This document shows positions 35,086 to 43,277 of a DNA stretch of 43,277 bases, piece after piece. How positions within the stretch are numbered: position 1 is the first letter of the stretch; each line of letters opens with the position of its first letter. Origin of the DNA: Octopus sinensis (lineage: Eukaryota); NCBI RefSeq assembly GCF_006345805.1, contig NW_021829609.1:1-43277 (forward strand), given 5' to 3'. A program made the translations under genes and the position numbers. The notes beneath the pieces were generated by a model. The model ran no database searches, was not told where the DNA came from, and saw only the letters and a list, made by a program, of their open reading frames with translations.

Positions 35086-35496
35086 GGGCCTATGTGTGTG
35101 TGTGTGAGTGTGTGTGTGAGAGTGTGTGTGTGAATGTGTGTTAGTGTATGCATATGTGTGTGCATGCATGTGTGAGTGTGTGAGTGTGTGTGCACGTGTG
35201 TGTGAGATAGAGGGGGTGTGTATGTGTGAGTGTGTGCATATGTGTGTGCATGCATGTGTGTGAGTGTGTGTGCGTGTGTGTGTGAGATAGAGTGGGCGTA
35301 TGTGTGAGTGTGTGCATATGTGTGTGCATGCATGTGTGTGAGTGTGTGAGTGTGCGTGTGCGCGCGTGTGTGATAGAGAGTGTGTGTATGTGTGAGTGTG
35401 CGAGAGTGATACTGTGTGCGTGCCTCTGTGTATGTGTGAAAGTATGTGTGTGTGTGCGCGCGTGTGTGTATGGCGGTTGTGTATGCGGAACTTGGC

Positions 35497-35563
35497 CTCT
35501 TGCACTTTGACTCTTGCATTTTGACTCTTGCACTTTGACTCTCGCACTTTGACTCTTGCCCTT
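35497..35563. repeat. 14-bp tandem repeat CTCTTGCACTTTGA, about 4.5 copies
   Basis: Directly visible. Confidence 0.9.
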
Positions 35564-35749
35564 GGTCCTTTCCTTGAACCCTGGACGCCGTTTGAAGAGC
35601 TTCATTTACTGCTGCTTGTTTATCATGATTGTTCAAGTACCGCTTCTATCCTCCACGTTACTTTCAGGTATTTTGACACACATTGCATTAAATCGGTCAC
35701 CTCGAAAAAAATTCTAATATCTCATGTATACTTTACCTACCCCCCCCCC

Positions 35750-35790
<41 letters not shown>

Positions 35791-35824
35791 ATATTAAAAT
35801 CCAGAAACGCGATCCGACTATATA

Positions 35825-35899
<75 letters not shown>

Positions 35900-36117
35900 G
35901 TGTGTATGTATGTACGTATGTATGTATATTATATTATTATTATTATATTATTATTTTATTATTATTATTATTATTATTTATTATTATTACTATGATTATC
36001 ATTATTGAATTGATAAAAGGTGTTTTTTTTCTAATTTATATATATTATATTTGTGAAATTTGATTTAATACTAAAGTGAATTTTTCCCTGTAAGTTTGGA
36101 GTTGTACTCCCTAATGA

Positions 36118-36517
36118 GTGGCTGTGTGGTAAGTAGCTTGCTAACCAACCACATGATTCCGGGTTCAGTCCCACTGCGTGGCATCTTGGGCAAGTGTCTT
36201 CTGCTATAGCCCCGGGCCGACCAATGCCTTGTGAGTGGATTTGGTAGACGGAAACTGAAAGAAGCCTGTCGAATATATGTAATATATATGTATGTGTGTG
36301 TTTGTGTGTCTGTGTTTGTCCCCCTAGCATTGCTTGACAACCGATGCTGGTGTTGTTTATGTCCCCGTTACTTAGCGGTTCGGCAAAAAGGACCGATAGA
36401 AAAGTACTTGGCTTACAAAAGAATAAGTCCCAGGGTCGAGTTGCTCGATTAAAGGCGGTGCTCCAGCATGGCCGCAGTCAAATGACTGAAACAAGTAAAA
36501 GAGTAAAAGAGTAAGAG
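36118..36517 (+). mobile_element. SINE family A, full-length reference copy
   Basis: tRNA-like head GTGGCTGTGTGG...GGTTCAGTCCC, CORE-like CTTGGGCAAGTG, internal TG/TA run and tail CTGAAACAAGTAAAAGAG. Confidence 0.9.
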
Positions 36518-36583
36518 TATATATACATATATACATACATACATATATATATATATGTATGTATGTATGTGTATATATATATA

Positions 36584-36617
<34 letters not shown>

Positions 36618-36656
36618 TGTATATGTATATATGTGTGTGTGTGTGTGATTATGTAT

Positions 36657-37030
36657 GTATATATGATGAAGATAGGACAAGGTAGAAAATACTGAAATAA
36701 TTTTATCATGAAGTACATTTTAGTACCGGTTTCAGCCTTTGCGACTTTTTCAACTTAGCGTAATGCATGAAAAAGCAATAAAATTGTGGAAGAAGTAAAA
36801 GAGAAACAGACAGAAAGACAGACAGACAGAAAAAATGAAAATGCCCCATGTATTTGAAAGCTATGGATTAAATTTTAAAATCTTTTCATTTAATTTTTTC
36901 ACAATTTAATTGTTTTTCTTGCTTTACTCTAAGTTGAAAAAGTCGCAAAGACTGAAACCGGTACTAAAATGTTCTTCAGGATAAAATTATTTTAGCATTG
37001 TCTACCTTGTCCTATTTTCCTCATACATAC
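36657..37030. repeat. Inverted repeat (about 150-bp arms), each arm carrying a U3-A8 hammerhead-like motif
   Basis: + motif 36930-36968 UUGAAAA / AGUC-GCAAA-GACU / GAAA C CG GUA; - motif 36721-36757 is identical except GGCU. Confidence 0.75.
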
Positions 37031-37282
37031 CAACTTGTGTGTTGCTTTTCAACCTCCTACATATGTTTATATATATATATATATATATAAACTTACTTGG
37101 AGAAATAAGAAAGTAGAAACACGCATTGAATCGAACCAGGGGCAGCTGATGAAGGGGAATATTCCTTGTATTGTTTGTCTTATACTCTGTTTTTTTTCGT
37201 TGTTAAAAAAGTCCCGTTTCCTTGTTTGTTTTAGGTTTTCGTTTCTCGTTGTGTTCTACGTTTATTTGTGGTGTCCTGTACT

Positions 37283-37323
<41 letters not shown>

Positions 37324-37440
37324 CCATATATATACATATCGATGTAGGTATGTACATATATGTATGTATGTATGCATATGTTTTATTGTTAAATTGTTAT
37401 TATATATATATTGTGTTGTGTGTGGTGTGGTGGTGTGTGT

Positions 37441-37484
<44 letters not shown>

Positions 37485-37792
37485 TATATAGCAACAAAGA
37501 GAAAGAGAGAGAGGGGAGGGAAGGACACTGAAACAGACAGCAGGCAGACAGACTGACATACATATAAGCACATGTCAAATCAACACATAAAAAGACTCAA
37601 ATTGTCGAATGATTGAATGACTGTCTGTCTGTCTGTCTGTCTTTCCGTCTGTCTATCTGAATATCTGACAACATGAATGCCTCATTGCCTGTCTGCCTGC
37701 CTCTCTGACCGTCCTGTTGACTCCTGTAGCATATCCTGGTATAACGCTCATTGCCAAGCAAATCAGTTCATTTCTATTTTCCACATTCCTCC

Positions 37793-37793
<1 letters not shown>

Positions 37794-37887
<94 letters not shown>
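37794..37887. repeat. (CT)n microsatellite at the 5-prime junction of the Tx1 element
   Basis: Directly visible. Confidence 0.97.
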
Positions 37888-37890
<3 letters not shown>

Positions 37891-38049
37891 CGGTCGTGTT
37901 ATTCTTTGCTCCGCAGTGAAAGATTGTTTTTGTGCTGAAAATTGTGAAAATTTGCTGTTTTGGTCGTCGAGACCATTTCTTTTCTGCTGTTGCAGCAGAG
38001 TTTTGCTGTTCTTTCCCCCCTCGTTTCAAGGGGGAAGCAGCAAAAAACA

Positions 38050-39446
38050 TGAATTTGCCACCTATTTCTTCCGAGTCCGAGGAAAACTTTGAAAATTTGT
38101 TTGAAGGCATGAAGGCAAAAATGTGGGAGGAGGAAGGTAAAAGTAGAGAGGCATCTCACGCGCGCGTTACAAAGGCAGTCGACAAGATGTCTAGCGAGGC
38201 TACTCCACAAGAGGAAAAGTAAAAAATAAATTTTGCGAGTGCAGCAACTCACCCCTGTGAAAATATAGTTATTAACAAAGAAGAATTAAAGAAATACCAA
38301 GGTTTACTCAAAAAAGAAGGTGATACTGTAAAGTTGCTCCCTCCCAGTGAATTAATTTACGCGACGGAGAGAAAGACGGTAATATACAAAACATATCATG
38401 TAAAAAATTAAAAATTCGACTTTGTACCGAGTGAAGCGATCGAAAAATGCTTGAGGCCGATATGGCAACAAACAAGTTATATAACGAGGGGTAATCGCTT
38501 CGGCACTGTAGAGGTACGTTTCCCTAGCGAAGAAAAAGCTAGGGAACATTCAACAATGACATTGAAGTCGGAAGAAGTAGTTCTCCTGCCAACTTACTTA
38601 GGAAAGAGAACTTCAAAAATCACGGTCACAGATATACCACCCGAAATAGATGTGGCCTGGGTGATAGCCACTATTCTCATAGGCAAAGAAGAAGAAATTT
38701 CAAATCTTCAATCTAAGAGATACCACCACATGAACTGCGTTGGACAAGATTTAGAGCTTATCATCCAAGCAAACCCCTCAGACTTAGAAAAATTGCCCAG
38801 TTCCCATACAATTGGAGAAAATACCAGCATGATTGTGGTAGTCGAGGAGAGAAAGCCCAGATGTTACAAATGTGGCAAGAAAGGTCACATAAGGTCGAGC
38901 TGTAAGAAGACAGTCAAAGAAAACGCAGCAGAAGAGGCAAGCACGCCCACAACGCTAGAAATAGCAGCCACGTCGCGCACCTCAATTGCCGAAGTACAGC
39001 CGACAGCGGGAGAAAACAACAACAACAACATCATCATCCAGGAGTGGGTTACCGTAGAACCTTCAAAAAGAAGACGGAAACGGAAAAATCCACCCTCTTC
39101 GGATACACAGGACTATGCTCCGCGACAGACAAGCACACCCACACCCACAAATACAGTCGCAAACCGACACGTAGCCAAAAAAAAACACACACATTGGAAA
39201 AAGCACACACAAACACACACACACCTACAAACACCCACGCTTCTACAAGCACACATACACCCACAAGCACCTCTCCCCCCACAATCGCCTAATATCAAAA
39301 AGAGAAACACCTTCACGGCGATAAACAAAAATAATAAACTATTAAGAGACAAAATTGTTTTAATGAAATCGGCGAAAAAATATATCGCAACAGATGTAAA
39401 TAATACTATTCTTGAAAATGTCGAATTTTATACTATTTTGAACTAA
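38050..39446 (+). pseudogene. Tx1 ORF1 (gag-like, zinc knuckle CYKCGKKGHIRSSC), disrupted
   Basis: ATG at 38050, premature TAA near 38220 and a frameshift before 38451. Confidence 0.82.
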
Positions 39447-39629
39447 AAAAATATTTTGCGGAGGACGTCGGCCCGTTACAGATGAACTTTTCGAGCCATT
39501 TGTACAGGCAATTCGCGAAAAAAATGACCTCGCAAACCGCAACACTCACAGGCAGAAAAGAGGAGGGTGAAACTACACCCTCTCTTCCGTTAAAACAGTA
39601 AGTTTTAAACATTCGACTAATTTTTCACA

Positions 39630-42600
39630 TTCTCGCTTAAACTCGGTTGTTTAAATATTCGCAGCCTGGGATCATATTGGAAGCAAGGCTACCCCCTCAA
39701 CGACCTTGGGTCGCATCGTTTGGATGTAGTTGTAATTACCGAATCGAGACTGAGTGGGCTGCAGGCTTTTTCGCCCCTTCTAAACGGCTACGAGAAATAC
39801 GTATCTTCCTGTCGGCCGGGAGGGGGCGGAAGAGTGGCAGTGCTAGTCAGATAAAACCTGGATTAAGAGATTAGAAGTGCCTTTATAGATCCGGAAGGCA
39901 GGTTGGTCGTTTTGGATGTGACGCACAGCAGTGGTAAAGTGTTCAGGCTGGTCGCTGTCTATGCTCCCTGCGAAGGAAAAGCCGGGCAGAAAGATTACTT
40001 CAAAAGCCTAGAGAACTTTCTCGACACGTCGAACACGTTAGTATTGCTAGGTGACTTCAACATCATTTGCGATACACGAGTAGATTATGTTGGCTCGAGA
40101 ATGAATAGGAGGGGATTACCTCACCTCAGCGATCTGCTAAGTCGTTTCGAGTTGGCAGATCGATTCAGACTGGACCACCCAGACGCTCCAGCGTGGACCT
40201 GGGCAAGAAACGATGGGTCGTCCAGATCTTACATAGATAGAATCATAACTAGAAGGAAAGGTAAGAAAAAACTTAGCTGTCCACAACACCATATCGTCAG
40301 CTACAGCGATAATAAATTAGTGACCTGTACGCTCGACATAGATAGCATGTGTAGACGAGGTACCTGTTACTGGAAGCTAAACAAGTTACTATTGGACTGT
40401 GAAGCCTACAAGAATCGGATTAAACTATTAGTAATGAGGACGTTAACCGGATACATTATCAACAACAAATGGTGGTACGCCCTGAAAAGAGCCATCAAAT
40501 TTGAGTCAATTAGGTTTAGCAAAGAATTAGCTAGTGATAGAAACAAAGTAGAAAAAGAACTAGTTAAGGCAAGAGATGAGGCAATGAGGTCAGGCAGTGC
40601 ATCGAGTGTTAGCAGCAAGGTTGGCACTCGACCAACATCTCAAAGCTAAACATGAAGGGTGCATTGTCAGGGCTAAAATCCGTGCAATGAGACAGGAAGG
40701 GATCAACGCAGCCGGATGGACCCAGGTGGTAGAGGGCCAGTGTGGCAACAACTCAACCATTCGATCTTTGACGGACCCAAATGGTCGATCAGTAAACGAA
40801 CCCGTGGAGATGTGCAAGGTGTTTCACGATCATTTCGCCCAGCTATTCGGGAGGAGTGGCGGACTGGAGTGCGGGGAGAAGCTCGCAGATTTCCTAGCCG
40901 GTTCGCCGCGTCTATCGAGGCCGGATGCGGAATCTTGTGAGGCACCGATCACAGCCAAGGAAGTTGAGGATGTGTTAGCAGACCGCGGCGGGGACAAATC
41001 GCCGGGGCTCGATGGTCTGCCTTACGAACTCTATAGTAGCATGCCAGACTTGTTTGGGCATCTACTTGCATGCGTGTACACCAACTGGCAGCAGAACGGG
41101 ATATTTTTCCTAAGTCTGTGAGCCGAGGGGTGGTAGCGCTGTTAAGAAAGGACCCAAACAGGGGGATTTAATTGATAATTTCGGGCCCATCACTCTGCTT
41201 AACGCAGAGTTAAAGATTTTGCCAAGGTCTTAGCAAAAGGTTTGGCGCGGGTCGTGGGTGAACTTGTTGGCGAGGCGCAAAACTTGCGCCATCCCTGAAG
41301 GACCATCCACGACAATCTCCACTTTCTACGCTATGCCTTAGAAGGGGTAAATAGGATTCCTGGCAAGAGTGGGGCTATGGTCCACTTGGACCAATCGAAA
41401 GCGTTCGATAGGGTGGACCATCAGTATCTGGCGGCGGTCCTCGCGGCGGCTGGTTTCGGCCAGACCTTCCGCGGATGGATCAACGCTTTATACAGCAACA
41501 TCGAATCGGTAGTCCGGGTGAACTTTTTTTTTTCGGAGCCGTTCCGTGTTGAACGTTCGGTACGTCAACGGTGTCCTCTCTCCCCGGTTCTCTACGTTTT
41601 GGCCCTCGAGCCATTGCTGAGGAGGTTGGAAACTATGAGGGGCACTCCGCAAGATCTATGGTGGTGCCAGAAAGTCAGCTTCAGCGATGCGGACGACATC
41701 ACCGTCATCGTATCCCGAGTCGAGCACCTACAGTGGGTGGATGAGGCCTTAAGGGATTACGACGAAGCGGTGGCAGGAGCGAAAGTCAACCGGGATAAAT
41801 CGGTCGGCTTGCAACTCGGCACCTGGAGGGCAAGTCGATGTCTTCCGACAGCGTTCGTAGGACGTTGACGGAAGGGCCCGGTGAAAATGCTTGGAATCTG
41901 GTTAGGCCCAGATCTCCAGATAGAGAAGAATTGGAGCGAGGTGGCGAGAAAGGTGGCTCTCCAAAACTCAGACCTGGTCTGAGCGGAAGCTGTCCTTGAA
42001 AGGGAGAGCGGAGGTTGCAGAGGTGTTTATCGCCTCTGTAATCACTTACAGCCTGACCATCGTGCCTTGCCCCGATTCGTGGCTGAACAAGCTGGAACGC
42101 ATGCTCTTTCGCTTTTTTTTTTTTTTGGTGGGGGGCAGCAGACCTCTTTTAAAGCGCTCTATTTGCTGCCAAAAGCCGCTGAAGGGTGGGTTAGGGATGC
42201 CGTGGCTAAAAATGCGCAGACATACGCTCAGGCTTAGCACCTCTGGCTTTACCTGGACGGTGAGCAGGTTTGGTCTCTGTTCGTCAAGCTGTTATTTCAC
42301 AGTTCACACACTTTACCAAACTGAACCATGGATCAAGTGTAGATCGAGTTGGGCGTGTGGAATGTAGAGTGCCATCAGACACTCGTGCCCCTCTCCCAGT
42401 CGGGCAACGCCGGTGGCGGGGTACTACCTCGTTTTCTATAGAGGGTTAGTAGAGTTTAAGTGTGACGACGTTCCTGGAGAAACCCTAGGTTCGACAAAGA
42501 TCAACTGGCCAGCCTGTTCCAAAGAACATTCGGTCCGGGGCCTATGGATGATTATCAAAAGTCCCTGGCCTGGCAATGTTAAAGAGAGCTTTACCGGTTC

Positions 42601-43000
42601 GAGATAAGTTCTTTAGACATGGTATGAACCTTCGCCGGTTTGTGCAAGAGTGAGAGGGACAGTAAACTGTCCTGCACGCGATTGTGCAATGCCCCAAGAT
42701 GACTGAACTCTGGGCTTATGTAGAACACCTGCTGTCGCATTCGGAAGAGTACAACTGTCGAGCGAATCTGTGATTAAGATCGTTCCGCCGACCTCCTGAA
42801 TAGGGAGAGCGAGCCTGTTTTCTCTCGGTAGTTGCTTTGGGCGAAAGAAGTAGTATGGAGACGAGAGTGAAAGGAATTGCAACAGGCAGTTTATCTCCAG
42901 TTCTCGAGCTAATCGACTTTTAACGTTTCCACATGAAACGGAAAATAAGGCTGGAGAAGAAATGCCTGTCGCAAAGTGTGTTTCGTAAAAGATGGAAGTA
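39630..43000 (+). pseudogene. Tx1 ORF2 (APE endonuclease plus reverse transcriptase), disrupted
   Basis: LGCLNIRS, LLGDFN, SYIDRI, SDNKLV, WKLN, DKSPGLDGLP, LDQSKAFDRVDH, VRQRCPLSP and SDADDI spread over several frames. End coordinates are approximate. Confidence 0.9.
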
Positions 43001-43277
43001 ATAGCAAGTATGTTTGCGAGTGAAGAACCTGTTTCATCGGGAATGTAGAAAAGGAGAAAGCAAGTCTTCAGTGTGACTATGTGGTTTGTGGGGTCAACCG
43101 CATCCTCCGCTTCATTTTTTTTTAATCACTCATTCTCATTTAATTGTATATATTTTAATTGTTTGTTTATTCATACGTTTCGTCTCATTCGAAACCCTGA
43201 CCCCAAAGTTTGTTTTGTCTGTCCCCGTATTGTCCCCTCTTTTTCTCAACTTATGGTGAATAAAGAAATACCTCTCT

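Larger units (their letters stand above)
37888..43271 (+). mobile_element. Near full-length Tx1-group (L1 clade) non-LTR retrotransposon, decayed
   Basis: 5-prime UTR, ORF1 with a CCHC knuckle, ORF2 with APE and RT, and a 3-prime UTR ending GAATAAAGAAATAC followed by CTCTCT. Confidence 0.9.

Overview
Eukaryotic, AT- and microsatellite-rich genomic DNA. The SINE families and repeat density suggest an octopod cephalopod; this is recognition from memory, not a database result. One host gene is visible on + (4604-13106). Six phase-compatible GT-AG exons splice by hand into about 412 aa: a single long-form C-type lectin domain, a Thr-rich stalk, one TM helix and a tail with tyrosine motifs. Three of these exons (8374-8532, 10299-10346, 12153-12231) are missing from the ORF track, and the signal-peptide exon is not securely found. 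The rest is a mosaic of decayed mobile elements: two mariners, a near full-length Tx1-group LINE abutting a (CT)n tract, further Tx1, RTE, CR1-like and Penelope fragments, a non-autonomous Helitron, a hAT-like MITE and many tRNA-derived SINEs. The main unannotated signal is a cluster of about ten minimal type-I hammerhead ribozyme (HHR) motifs from several unrelated families, nearly all next to (TA)n tracts. Two sit in ORF-less units that are 1.3-1.5 monomers long (periods 352 and 391 nt) and resemble non-LTR retrozymes. Two copies of another family show compensatory changes in stem II, and three motifs carry the U3-A8 core covariation. All RNA folds, translations and alignments were done by eye. 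Most long ORFs in the supplied track are microsatellite artefacts.
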